A stretch of DNA of 64,000 nt from Eledone cirrhosa (Eukaryota), in NCBI GenBank assembly GCA_964016885.1, contig OZ024742.1, forward strand, positions 90,768,001 through 90,832,000, given 5' to 3'. This document shows, piece by piece, positions 14,669-30,329 of this stretch. Both the position numbers and the translations under genes were made by a program. The notes under the pieces are model-generated. The model saw only the letters and a program-made list of their open reading frames with translations, searched no databases and had not been told where the DNA came from. The stretch's first letter is position 1. Each line of letters begins with the position of its first letter.

Positions 14669-15062
14669 GCATTGTGTCCCACCCTACTCCAAATACGCTG
14701 TGTAATTAGACGCATGGTTTATCTCTGAATAAAGATTTTCCTTTTCATTCTGTTCTTGCTCTCGTCTACCATATTATTTTTTTATTTGATCTCTCATCAT
14801 ATTTTCTGATAGAGACCTAACGTCCCAAATTCCAACCACTTTTCCAAATATATCAAGAGTTAAAACTAATATATATCTTTATTGCGCTGTATCGTTCCGC
14901 TGTTGGTTTCTTGTTTACCTTTCTCATGGTTGATATTGTAAATATATATGTAAAATATATATAATATCAAACATGGCGCACGTATATATTTCTCTTTTTT
15001 TTCCTCGTTCCTTCGACTTCTCACTCTTTATCTTTCTATTTCATCCCTTATTTCTCATTCTA

Positions 15063-15098
15063 TCTTCTAATGAAAGACTAGTGTCCGAAACGTTAAGA
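15063..15098 (+). ncRNA. Decayed minimal hammerhead motif (CUAAUGA core); related inverted copy at about 20788-20822
   Basis: UCUU CUAAUGA AAGAC UAGU GUCC GAAA CG UU AAGA. G5A is expected to inactivate it. Confidence 0.55.
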
Positions 15099-15207
15099 CT
15101 CTTTTTCCATTGTAAAAAGAACATCTTTTTTCACTGTACTGCGTCATTTGCTTTGTTATTTCTATTTACTTTTTGCATACATACATACCATACATATAAA
15201 CACACAT

Positions 15208-15238
<31 letters not shown>

Positions 15239-15353
15239 CATACATATATATATATACATACATATATATATATATATATACACACATATATATATGCACA
15301 CAGACACATATATATATATATATATATTTATATATACACATATATATGCATAT

Positions 15354-15388
<35 letters not shown>

Positions 15389-15416
15389 CATATGTATATA
15401 TATATATATGCACACA

Positions 15417-15493
<77 letters not shown>

Positions 15494-15674
15494 TATATAT
15501 GGACACACGCACACACATATATATATATATGTATATAAAACAAAGGAATTGTGGTAAGTAACCAGATTGACCATAACGCACCAGAGTCCCCAATACTTAG
15601 GGTAGTAGAGTGGGAAATAAGAAAAAGTATGACCCCGACGACAGAGCTCAAGCCGTTTCAACGGCTATTTCTGG

Positions 15675-15722
15675 ACAAATAGGTTTGACGTACCCTTTAA
15701 AGGGTACGTCAAACCTATTTGT
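15675..15722. repeat. Perfect 48-bp palindrome at a junction between two HHR cassettes
   Basis: ACAAATAGGTTTGACGTACCCTTT|AAAGGGTACGTCAAACCTATTTGT. Confidence 0.9.
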
Positions 15723-15739
15723 AAAACTGTTATATATTG

Positions 15740-15804
15740 TATTTTGTCTGATGAAGGCATACCATAATTTAATGTGGTATCTCTGAAATATGTATAATGA
15801 AATA
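15740..15804 (+). ncRNA. Type I hammerhead motif, family A (copies at 29674-29739, 29880-29945, 62965-63029)
   Basis: UAUUUUGU CUGAUGA AGGCAUACCAUA AUUUAA UGUGGUAUCUCU GAAA UAUGUA UA AUGAAAUA: 8-bp helix I with GU pairs and a long helix II. Confidence 0.8.
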
Positions 15805-15844
15805 AATATGGTTTTATAAATATAGTTTCCATTTATTAATATCG

Positions 15845-15916
<72 letters not shown>

Positions 15917-15924
15917 TGTATATA

Positions 15925-15965
<41 letters not shown>

Positions 15966-16069
15966 TGTATATATATATATTGTTATACTTTTGGAGGGTC
16001 ATGTTGCTAAACAAATTCAGAAACGAAATATATATATATATATATATATGAATGTATATATATATATGA

Positions 16070-16106
<37 letters not shown>

Positions 16107-16125
16107 TGTATATATATATATATGA

Positions 16126-16174
<49 letters not shown>

Positions 16175-16392
16175 TGTATATATATATATATATGAATATA
16201 TGAATGTATATATATATATATACATATATATTTATGTATATATATATATATATATATATATTTATGTATATATATATATATATATTTATGTATATATATA
16301 TATATATATATTTATGTATATATATATATATACATTTATATATATATATATATTTATGTATATATATATACATTTATGTATATATATATATG

Positions 16393-17125
16393 TATATAAA
16401 TGAAAGGTATAGAAATTGTTTTAGCGATAAGCTAACAGTATTCCATAACATATATGCGACTATGTCGTCAAGATGGGAAAAATAGTTAACGTAAGATGTA
16501 TGAAAAATAATTCAAACTCATCTCAAACGAGAATCAGGATATAAATTCATCCACAGAATTTCGTGAAATCCAAGGAAAAAACCAATAGAGCCTTAACTCA
16601 TGATAAAATAAAGTGTAAAATACTTATCCTTCAATTTGGAAAAATATCAAATGCTCTGTATAGTCTTGAAGACTATTTCATGAAAACTTTCAGTGGAGAT
16701 GGTCGCGGTTGGAGTTCATCATCAGCAGAGCTCAACTCGATAACCAGGACTCTCACAGAATTATACGCCAAAAAGGGAATTCTAAAACTGGCCAGTTCAA
16801 CATCAAGCGTGATTATGAAAAACGCACATGAGGAAAAACAGGGCTAGTGACGTCAGGATGAAATGAATGTTTGTTTACAAGAAATAACAGTCTAATACAT
16901 TCCTAAAAAAACTCTACAAAGGGAGTTCAGCAAACAGCAATATTATCGCAGTTTTTATTAAAAAAAACCGGGATTAGTCACAGATAGTTTAAGCACTCTA
17001 GGAAAAAAATCCGAGTATAAATATATAAATGAAAGGTATAGAAATTGTTTTAGCGATAAGCTAACAGTATTCCATAACATATATGCGACTATGTCGTCAA
17101 GATGGGAAAAATAGTTAACGTAAGA
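16393..17125 (-). mobile_element. ORF-less partial-tandem element (period about 629 bp, ~105-bp terminal direct repeats) carrying a hammerhead
   Basis: TATATAAATGAAAGGTATAGAAATTG...GTTAACGTAAGAT occurs at about 16393-16497 and 17022-17126. TA tracts lie on both sides. Confidence 0.75.
16653..16731 (-). ncRNA. Type I hammerhead ribozyme motif with full-length helix III
   Basis: Minus strand: GCUCUG CUGAUGA UGAA..UUCAU GAAA UAGUCU UCA AGACUA UA CAGAGC. Helix I is 6 bp and helix III is 7 bp; helix II is irregular. Confidence 0.75.
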
Positions 17126-17177
17126 TATATATGTGTATATATATATATATATATGAATGTATATATATATATACATT

Positions 17178-17209
<32 letters not shown>

Positions 17210-17213
17210 CATT

Positions 17214-17247
<34 letters not shown>

Positions 17248-17272
17248 AATGTATATATATATATATATATAC

Positions 17273-17306
<34 letters not shown>

Positions 17307-17326
17307 GTATATATATATATATATAC

Positions 17327-17408
<82 letters not shown>

Positions 17409-17513
17409 TTATATATATATATATATACACGCACGCACACACACATATATATGTGTCTGTGTGTATATATAAATGTATATATATATATATATAGATAGAT
17501 GCATTTATATATA

Positions 17514-17546
<33 letters not shown>

Positions 17547-18292
17547 GCACGCACACATACATATATATATATAGGTTTTCACCTGTTTATGGTAGGGCCG
17601 AAAATGTTAGAACTCAATGTGGCCTTGAGATGGTTTTAGTAAGATTAGGAGATGAGTGCTACAGTTTTTGTGATACGTACTCATTGCGTAAGGTTTCCTC
17701 AATGATTCTGCTCAAATTACATGGTCATTCATATATATGTGATCAGTGAAAATAAAACAACAGTCGGATGTAGAATGTTAATTAGTTCAGTGTTTTACGA
17801 TCGTTTTACTACCTGGGGTAATATCAAGCAGTTGTTTCAGTATTACACAGTTTATCCGACACATGTCGTCAAGGTCACAACTCTACTGAAATGTTGAATG
17901 TGCGCACTTAAATGTCAAAGAGAATTTGACGGCCATGATAATGTTTACAAATATAGATTATATGTATCCGTGTATGCATACACATACATACCCAAACTAA
18001 CACAAATGCATACACACACATATAGGGATAGAGAAAGAAAGTGGGGGTTCAATGTGAGATAGATGAATATCTTACTAAAATCAATGCACTCCTATCACAG
18101 ACACACGCATAGAGGTAAGTATGTATATATATATATATACACAGAGGTATCCACTGTAAGTTGTGGGGTCTATTCTGCATGAAGAACTCGTTGTAATCCA
18201 TATGTTGAAAATGTTGTAGGTTAAGATAAATCTCGGAAACAATAAAACATTAAAAGGAAAACAGAGTCATGATATTAGTTAAAACAATGAAA

Positions 18293-18587
18293 TAAAAAAT
18301 CAACTCATTAGAGATATACTTCACTGCTTTACGATCGTTTCTAGATGATGATAATACACTGTATCTATGCTCAGTTATTGATCTATGTAAGTTTACAAAC
18401 TATCAGATAAAGAGAATATTTACTTACATGCATATCATCAACTGTTTTCAAAAGCAAATTGTATCTCTTTATCTGATAGTTTGTAAACATACATAGATCA
18501 ATAACTGAGTATAGATACAATGTATTATCATCAGGTATTATCATCGTAAAGCAGTGAAGTGTATATCTCTAATGACTTGATTTTTTA
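18293..18587. repeat. Imperfect inverted repeat with ~123-bp arms ending in a TA tract
   Basis: 18293-18415 versus 18464-18587 are reverse complements with a few mismatches. The left arm has the HHR-like half GAAACGATCGTA on the minus strand. Confidence 0.8.
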
Positions 18588-18590
18588 ACT

Positions 18591-18679
<89 letters not shown>

Positions 18680-18788
18680 CTGTGTATAAGCTGGGGGAAA
18701 ATGAACGTTAAAAATGATGTTGATGATGAATACATATAGGACGGTGAGTGTACATATATACGCATGTTTATGCATGTATATATATATA

Positions 18789-18855
<67 letters not shown>

Positions 18856-19021
18856 GTGTATATATAATGTATATGTGAACGTGTATGTTGTATTAGTAAG
18901 GCCACAAAACAATATTTGCAATATGTACGACATTGTATACATTTATACAAAAATCATCCCAAGTCTACATGTGCAAATGTTTTGACGTAAAGTGAATCCT
19001 CTAAGTGGAAAACATCCTCTG

Positions 19022-19073
<52 letters not shown>

Positions 19074-19149
19074 GTATATATATTTGTATATATGTATATA
19101 TCCGTATATGTATGTGAGTGTATACATGTTTACATATATGTTAATATAC

Positions 19150-19245
<96 letters not shown>

Positions 19246-19809
19246 GTGTGTGTGTGTGTAAGTGTATTCACGCATCACTGAATGCCTGTGTGCCTGATGT
19301 GGTACTGGTGAGGCAATTTGTACAGACCTGGCTTAATCCACCGTTAGGTCAACACCCCAGGGATCAAGACCTCTTCTACTATTCTACAAGTCAGAAATGC
19401 TTTAATGCAGGATTAGTGAAAACGTTAAGAGAAAGTCTTGTCTTTCACTTTCTTTATTTCTTTAGAACAGTTCTCAGACTGCTCTGTCCATCACTAGACT
19501 TAGTGATGCAACCACTCCTTTGCTCACACCTACTCAAATACACGCACAGGCGCGTCCACACACACACACACACATATATATATACACATATGGTCGTATA
19601 CAGACATACACATATAGGCGACTTAACAAAAGAAGAGGAGGGGGAATCAAATGGTTGATATTATAAATATATATGTACACATTGGTATTGTAAATATAAG
19701 TATATACGAACTGAGTTTTCTTACGAATGAAACAGTTCTAGTCCTATGGAAGTAATTTCTCTAATAAACTGAATATATGCGTGCGTGTGTGTATTTATGT
19801 ATGTATATA

Positions 19810-19843
<34 letters not shown>

Positions 19844-19847
19844 CATA

Positions 19848-19891
<44 letters not shown>

Positions 19892-20929
19892 CATATGTGT
19901 GTGTGTGTGTGCGCGAAAGGTAAACGAGAAAAAACACAGCGGAACGATACAGTACAATACATATTTATATTAGTTTATACGCTTGATATATTTGGAAAAG
20001 TGCTCTAAAGTTTTAGACGTTAATTCTTCATCAGAAAATAGGATGATAAAATAAAGATAAAATGAAAGATATCAAGATAAAATAAAAAAATGATAGGTAG
20101 ACAAGACCAAGCAGAGAATGAAACGGAAAATCTTTCTTCTGGGAGAAAACACGTGTGTTTTTACTCAGTGTAATTGGGGCACAATGTGTGTGTATACACA
20201 CACACCAATTGAAATAGACCTACATAAAAAAGTGAAGACTACTTAAGATTTAGCTAGTAGTAAATAACTTATTGTTAATCACTAATCATTATGCAATACA
20301 CGCCTCATTTGTTTAAACTTTTCGGTCTATTTATTTCATTTGTTATATATAAAACCGAGATTTTGTTTCATCTCCTCCTACGAAATTTTCCGTTCAACCA
20401 AACATCTCTAAAAGGTGTTGTGTGCGTAAAGTTTTCCTTTCTTACATGAATGTTTTCAAGACGAGCATGGAATATTATTAACGCCTGGAGCAATTTTATT
20501 TACATGTATACTATAATATCTGCTTTCAAATGATGTTGTTCCTCGTTATACCTAAATGTGTAGCTGAAAACATATTTATATAGCACTACTGTGACTGTAT
20601 TGATAAATCATTTAGTATTCCTGTTATTCATTTTTATATAACTAAAATATACAACATTATATATATATATATATAATGTATATATATATATATATATAAT
20701 GTAAAAGGTAAACAGAAATAACAACACAATCGGTACAATATATGGAAGGAATATATTAGGTTAAAGCTTGAAATAGCAGGAAGAGGGTCTTAACGTTTCG
20801 GACCCTAGTCTTTCTTAAGAAGAAAAAATGAGAAATAAGCTAGTTGGAAGGGACGGGCGGGATGGAATTGGAAAAAATGTATTTCGATAAAAATAACCAG
20901 TCCATTCATGTTGACGTCTCTTGGATGTG

Positions 20930-20969
<40 letters not shown>

Positions 20970-20971
<2 letters not shown>

Positions 20972-21914
20972 AGGGTGGGTAAAATTCCCGAGATCCATGG
21001 ACGAGTTCTCTCCAGCGGTCTCTGTCCCTCATTCTCGCTACCATGTCCTGCGTCTCCAACAGACCAGTGTCTGTCCTTAGGGCAACAGCATACGTTAACC
21101 TTAGTCTTCCTCTTCCAGTGTGTCCATGCAGGGGCTCCCACTGTAGCACTGAGTGCAGTGTCAACACTGGATGTCGGTGAGCATGTCCAGCTAATCTCAG
21201 TCTCCTCTCTGTCACTTTTGAGCTGACTTTTGGGAGGCTCCCATACAGCTTTGAGTTTTTCATCCTCAGTGTATACTGATTAATGTTCAGAGCCATCCTC
21301 AGAGTTCTTTCAGATACTGGCTGGAGTGCTCCAGGGAGATATATTGGCTCCCTACCTTTTTATCATCGTAGTGGACTATTGTATGCGCCTTGCACTGGAG
21401 AAACACCAGGACTCTGGCTTTACTGTAACACCGGCTCAGAGTAGGAGAGTTAAGGCGAAAAAGATATTGGATGCTGAATTTGCCGATGACATAGTTTTGG
21501 TGACAAATACAGTGAAGGAGGCAGAGGATTTGATGCAGGAAGTTGAGACTGTGTCGATGTGTGTGGGGCTGAGAATGAATGAGACTAAGACAAAATGTCT
21601 GGTACAGAATGTTGAGAAGCCAGAGGGGATTACTAATGTAGACGTGAAGCCACTGGAATTAGTTGAGGACTTCCTATATTTGGGAGCAAAGATTGGGAAT
21701 ACGGAGATGATGTGGTTGAGAGGAAGAGCAAAGCCTGGGCGGCGTGCCATAGTTTGAGATCGGTGTGGAAGTCGGACCTTCGTGAAGACTAGAAGATCCG
21801 CCTCTTCATTGCTGTTGTAGTGGAGTCTGTGCTGCTGTACGGGTCTGAGACTGGTGGATGAGTGCTACACGAGAATGCTGAGGATGTCTCTGAACATTAA
21901 TCAGTATACGCTGA
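20970..21914 (-). mobile_element. RTE-like LINE fragment with inverted 5' portion (20970-21310 minus; 21322-21914 plus)
   Basis: Plus piece: [43 protein letters not shown]. Minus piece: RRLRLAGH..WEP..RGR..MRDRDRWR, the RTE C-terminus. Confidence 0.85.
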
Positions 21915-21940
21915 CGATATATATATATATGTGTGTGTGA

Positions 21941-22052
<112 letters not shown>

Positions 22053-22099
22053 CTTGTAAAAACGTATAAATCTATTATCATTTTTCTCTTTTTTTTCAG

Positions 22100-24105
22100 G
22101 CAACACAAAACTAAATGGTACATCGAGTTTTCGTCCATTAAATTCGTCAGAAAGAAGAACGATACCCTTTTCAATAATTGACGAAAAACCGATGATTCGA
22201 GACCAAACAGAACCGCTCGTTACTAGTTCAATACGTAAACAATCTGAAGAAGATATTATTGATTATAGTGTTCATAAAAACTATGATATCTTATCGCGAG
22301 CTTCTGCTTTTCATCTGGGTTCAAGAAGCACACAAATACCTGATAAAGCATTCAATAGTCCACCAGCTTTACACTGCCTGTCTGAACTAACAAACGGGCT
22401 GGCTGTACCAAAATCATCTGATATGTCTAAGCTTCACCAGTCGTCTTCTAAAAATGCAACCCACATTTTACACAACGATACCATGATAAAAAGTATGAAA
22501 GATATGAAATCTAACCCATTCGATAATAATGAGCTTGCTTTAGCATTGAAGAGAAAAGACTTTAAATACATGTTTGATAAAACATCATGTGACAGTTTCA
22601 GGGGCAGTAAAAATTACATAAAATCAGAATTCAATGAGAAATTTAAAACTGACAGTACGATGCCACTACTAGTAACACCATACAGATCTCCATCAATAAT
22701 GTCTCCCAATATTTCTCCAGTTTCATCCTTCTGGAATTCCTTTCGACCAGAAATGGCACACAATAAATTACCGTTTAAGTCCTTCCCCACATCTAATCCA
22801 ATCTATTTTCCAAGCCCACCAATACCACCGATATATCCGATACCAAGTATTTACCAGTATTCTGGTTTTCAGTGGCAACTCTTCCCTCCTACCTCATTCC
22901 ACCAAGCTTCAATATCCCGTCATAATTCGCCCTCGACAATAACTGGTCAATTTACCCCTAGCATCTCCAGTATTTCTGATCGTCACTATATGCATCGGTC
23001 ATCCCTACAACCAGAGCAAGTATTGAACCTCAGCAAACCAAAAATCGAGTCAGGAACAGGAAGCATGAGAGGTTATCGCTCACTGCCATACCCACTGAAG
23101 AAAAAGGATGGCAAGATGCATTATGAATGTAATGTTTGTTACAAGACATTTGGACAACTGTCGAATCTCAAAGTTCATTTACGTACTCACACAGGCGAAC
23201 GTCCTTTTGTATGCCAAACCTGTGGCAAGGGCTTCACACAGCTAGCTCACCTTCAAAAGCACCATCTCGTACACACTGGTGAAAAGCCTCATGAATGTCA
23301 ATCATGTGGCAAACGTTTCAGTAGTACAAGTAATCTTAAAACACATATGAGACTCCACAGTGGAGAAAAACCATTTCAATGTAAACTTTGCCCTTCGAAA
23401 TTTACACAATTTGTTCATTTGAAGTTACATAAGAGATTACACACAGATGAGCGACCTTACGAATGTCCCAACTGCAGTCGAAAATATATTAGCCCTAGTG
23501 GTTTAAAAACACACTGGAAGGCTGGGAATTGTGTTTCTCCAGATGGCATCAGCTTTGATTTGACAAAATTGATTGATGGCAATACAGATTCTGAGTTCGA
23601 TCTAGATGTTGGAATTGACGTTGAAAATGAATCAGACCCCCAAGAAAATCTAAATATTTCTGCTCAATCTCTAGACACCACTGCTGATATATCAAGGGTT
23701 AGTGATGGTGATGATAATGAAGATGAAATAGAAGAAGGTGAATTGATCAGAGAAGAACTAGAAGATCTTGATGCAGATGATGAAATGGGAGAAGAAGATG
23801 AGGAAGAGGAAGGGGAAGAAGAACGCGAGGGGGATGAACGTGAAGAATATGTAGATGAAAATAAAACTATTGTTAACAGCAACAATAATAATAATAATAA
23901 TGAGAATCCTAACATTTTGCCTTTCTTACCTATGAAGAAGTTTAGCAGCGAGAGGTACAAATTATTCCAAAACCATATTCCATCTACATCTATAACAATT
24001 AAAGACAACTGGAGAAATGAAGCTCAGAAAATAGATGAAAAACCACCATTATCAATTTTTGAAAACATGGAAACTTGTACATCAACAACAGATGAAATTC
24101 ATTAA
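22100..24105 (+). CDS. PRDM1: Blimp-1/PRDM1 terminal coding exon: Pro/Ser-rich region, five zinc fingers, acidic tail
   Basis: Polypyrimidine tract and CAG acceptor at 22097-22099. A phase-1 join to exon 13145-13424 keeps an open frame into ORF 22192-24105. [79 protein letters not shown] is diagnostic of Blimp-1. Confidence 0.95.
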
Positions 24106-24148
24106 CTATCATATAAATAGGCCATACCTAATGATTTTCATCATCACC

Positions 24149-24194
<46 letters not shown>

Positions 24195-24204
24195 TCCTCC
24201 TTGC

Positions 24205-24868
24205 GGGGTCGATAAAATAAAGCCCCAGTAATGCACTGGGATAATTAGAAATCATTATCATTATTAACGGTGGAGGGCGGTGGATTGGCAGTATCGGTAG
24301 AGGGTCGGGCGCCATGCTTTCCAGCATAGTTACGTCCCTTTACGATCTGAGTTCAAATCCCGCCGAGGTTGACTTTGCCTTTCATCCTTACGGGGTCGAT
24401 AAAATAAAGTACCAGTAATGCACTGGGTAATTGCTGAACTTGTGCCTAAAGTAGAAACAATTATTATTATTAACGGTGGCGGTGAATTGGCAGTATCGGT
24501 AGAGGGTTGGACGCCATTCTTTCTAGCATAGTTACGTCCCTTTACAATCTGAGTTCAAATCCCGCCGAGGTTAACTTTGCCTTTCATCCTTACGGGGTCG
24601 ATAAAATAAAGTACCAGTAATACACTGGGTAATTCCTGGCCTTGTGCCAAAAGTAGAAACAATTATTATTATTAACGGGGGATTGTCAGTATCGGTAGAG
24701 GGTCAGACGCCATGTTTTCTAGCATAGAATTGCGGCCCTTGCAATTCTGAGTTCAAATCTCGCCGAGGTTAACTTTGCCTTTCATCCCTACGGAGTCGAT
24801 ATAATAAAGTACCAGTAATGCACTGGGTATTTGATGGCCTTGTTCCAAAAGTAGAAACAATTATTATT
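24205..24868 (+). mobile_element. Head-to-tail array of one partial and three full SINE copies just downstream of the PRDM1 stop codon
   Basis: Units start near 24275, 24477 and 24677. Each ends GTAGAAACAATTATTATT, and each is preceded by ATTAACGG. Confidence 0.92.
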
Positions 24869-27800
24869 AACCACTATCTCCAAACAATAATATCGTAACT
24901 GGAATGGCTCAATAAAAGTAATAATGATAAAAATAATAATAATAATAATAATTGCTATCATTTTCTATCATTTTCATCTCCAACAGTATTGTATTTCAAA
25001 ATTTAGATTCATTTTTAAGAAAACAATATCCACCAACATATTGACACCACTATTAAAATCCCTAAATTTACCAGGAGTTATAATATGCACATCTCTACCG
25101 TTGCTTTGAAAACTATACACCAGACAACTTGCACCATCATGACCAACAAATCTACATTACCACAACCACCAGGATTTCCATAATGTTGCTGTCTCTCATT
25201 AGAACAATTACTTTAATTTTCTCTTATTTTCTTTCACCTTTCTGCAGCCACCATTCAAATCCCTTTTGGCATATCATAACTATAATTGTCAAAGTCATCA
25301 TCATCATCTTTGATGCGATCATTATTCAATCTAATCACTTTAACTGCACCCCTCACAATCATTTACTTGCATCACTAAAAGACGCTACTATTTCATCTCT
25401 ACATGGTCACTTAACCTCCTAGACATGGCAGGCATATCTACCTTATATCATCACCTTCCTTCTTAAAAAAAGATAACATTTTGAAGAAAGTACTCCTTGA
25501 TGAAATACATATATCTGAATACAAAACACCCTTGATCAAATTTCTGCAGGATCAGAGCTGATCTGGGATTTAACAACAAAAACAACAACCACTATAAGAC
25601 ATCATCTGCCATTACCATTGTCTTCAGTCAGAAAAAATCATAGTGATGTCCTAGTACAAATATTGTGTGCGCAGGCATATGAAATGTAACTTCAAAGACT
25701 GCCTCCATACTATTAATATCACAATAATACTATATACCATGCATTAGCGACCTAGTGGTGATAATTTATTATTCTCAATTCAGAACTAAAGGTTCTTAGC
25801 TTGAATCCATTCTGGTGCTATGTATACTTCAAAACAACTAATGACAGTCGGAGATCAAACTAATGGTACGTTAATGTAGATATAAATATTTTAAAAAACT
25901 ATCATGTCTTATTATGAGGTTAATAGTCTGATATTTAGACATTTAACCACAGCACTGTGTTATTACATTTATTATGTTATAGGTGAGTTGGATATGTGTA
26001 GTGTATTGGAATAATTGTTGAAATGTCATGGTTTCAAATCTGTTGCAAGTATTTCAATGTCCAGAACAGACAGCAGATCTTTATTGGAAATATTGTTTCA
26101 GACTGGAGTCAACCAATGGTTTCATTCAGCCATTTTACTATTTGATCAGAAAGGTCTGTTCCTCATCACCAAGAGATAAATCTACTTAAATAAAAGCAAT
26201 TCCCATGAAGATCATAACACGGCAAGTCTTTCATGATGATGTCTGATGTAAACTAAATAATCAATAACAATATTACTAACCTTATTGGTGTAATTATGTG
26301 GCAGCCTGGTTAAATCAGAGGAAGAGGTTGTTAAATGTGCTATCAAATTTCATTTCCTATCTGGTGTCACAAGACATCAACTACATCCCTAATGCACTTT
26401 CGAAAGGTGCCTTTAATGATTGTTTAAAACTTTATTGATTTTGGCAATTTATTAATAAATTTAAATCAACATGAATGGATTAGTTTAAGAAATTAGCATA
26501 GCAGAGGACAGTCAAACCCACCCTCAAAGCATGCCCCTCTGTCTTAAAGTCACAAATTCAAATTGGATAAACTAATTCTCGTTAAACTATCTGGAAATAA
26601 GAGAAGGGATGGATCTCCACAACTGGAGCAACTTTGATGATAGATATGTTGGTTCAGATCTGATTTGAGACATCAACTATGATCATTATCATCATGATTT
26701 ACATCATATGCTTCATCATCGTCATCAATTTCGAACTCAATTTAATTACCAACTCCATTTTCACCTTATGGAACTCATCAGCTTTCAACAAGAGGGACAC
26801 TCAAAATTTGATAAAGGATGTATCAATAAAATAGTCTATCATCATCATCGTCAACGTTTCATAAAAAACATCCAATATCATATATAGTACTACCGACATC
26901 ATTACCAAAATATCAACATATCCTCATCACAATTTTGACCTTCACAACTGCTCCATCAAACACCAAACATATCACCAAGATATCACAGCCTCACTATGAC
27001 GCTCTCCACAAGAACTATTGCAGCAATAAGCACCAGCCAAGGCACCATATTCTCACCAACACCAGAAAAAAAAACAAAAAAACAATATGACAATGCAAAT
27101 ATAATACTTCTATTTGGTCACTCAGCTTGCTAGTAATAGCAGCTGAATTCCCTTGAATCACAATCTAACATCCTGAGAAATGAATATATGATAATGTATT
27201 TCTAGTGATACCACTAAAGGTCTGATGGCTATAGTTTTTATCATAGATCTTCTAGCTCAAGGCTGACTTTGGGTAAACAACATGGTGCAGTACAAGAAAT
27301 AATCATGGACAATGTACATCATTCTCATGCATCAAGGTCGGTCAGCACTATATCAACCACACAGCTACTACAGCAAACTCAAGTCACTTCAGGAACCAGC
27401 ATTACTACAATCACTACCACTATGACAAACATTCTACTACCATCAATATGACTATTCTATTTCAATGACATTAATCATATTATAGCTATTATTGTTTTGA
27501 TGTTGACAATCAATTTTTTAATTTAATATCTTGTTTGTATGTGAATATCTGTAAGTATGAAGGTAGTGAAATGAAAGAGTCGTTAGAGCAAAGATAAGTA
27601 TTTATTGTATTTATTTCAGCTCTCTGCACTCTTCAAATCACGCAATGGTTATCTTCCTTTCATCTTTGGGATAGATAAATAAAGTACCAGTCTCGTACTG
27701 GGGTAGTTTCTTCCTTCTGTCTTTTGTCACTTTCTCAGAAACTGGCTACAGCCTAAAAGATAATGTTTCATGAGAAAAGAGAAACACGAAACCACTAAAA

Positions 27801-27934
27801 GGAATGCAATGGGAAACCCCATTTGTATTCACCCAGTAAAATTGCATGAAAAATACATAGAACATATAACAATAAATGTCACCAAGGGGTCGTACTTCAA
27901 CAAGATAATGAGCGAAAGGAAGGAACATGTACAC

Positions 27935-29629
<1,695 letters not shown>

Positions 29630-29630
<1 letters not shown>

Positions 29631-29989
29631 ACAATATTAAATAAATGGAAAACTATATTTATAAAACCATATTTATTTCATTATATATATTTCGGGGATA
29701 TCATATTAACAATATGCTATGCCTTCATCAGACAAAATACAATATAAACAGTTTTATAGATAAATATATTCGACATACCGTAATAAACATCAACTTCATT
29801 TGAAGAGGTTCACTCTAGCATGAAGTTGATGTTTATTACGGTATGTCGAATATATTTATCTATAAAACTGTTTATATTGTATTTTGTCTGATGAAGGCAT
29901 AGCATATTGTTAATATGATATCCCCGAAATATATATAATGAAATAAATATGGTTTTATAAATATAGTTTTCCATTTATTTAATATTGTA
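29630..29989. mobile_element. Fold-back cassette with 170-bp arms, each carrying a family A hammerhead (29674-29739 minus; 29880-29945 plus)
   Basis: 29630-29799 is the reverse complement of 29820-29989, with a 20-nt spacer. The HHR is UAUUUUGU CUGAUGA ... GAAA UAUAUA UA AUGAAAUA. Confidence 0.85.
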
Positions 29990-30116
29990 AATATACTCCA
30001 AGTATTTGTCGAGTGCTTTTATATCAGTTATAAATATTTACTAGTTGTAACCCAACAATTTTAAATATAACTTTACATGTATGTATACATATTTATATAT
30101 ATATATATATATATGT

Positions 30117-30205
<89 letters not shown>

Positions 30206-30329
30206 AAGACAAACATAGAATATTCGAAAATATTCTGTATGTTTATAATAAACATTTTGAAGACCTAATCGCTATAGAATAGAATACGTCACGTATTACA
30301 ATTTGAGATTCTCGATAAAAGCAAGGGAA

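Noticed and set aside
20001-20040. Hammerhead on the minus strand (CUGAUGA AGA..UCU AAAA)
   Set aside because: GAAA is mutated and helix I is poor; counted only as decayed.
24205-24868. Possible CRISPR-like array or tRNA cluster
   Set aside because: The units are ~200-bp SINE copies without unique spacers, and the context is eukaryotic.
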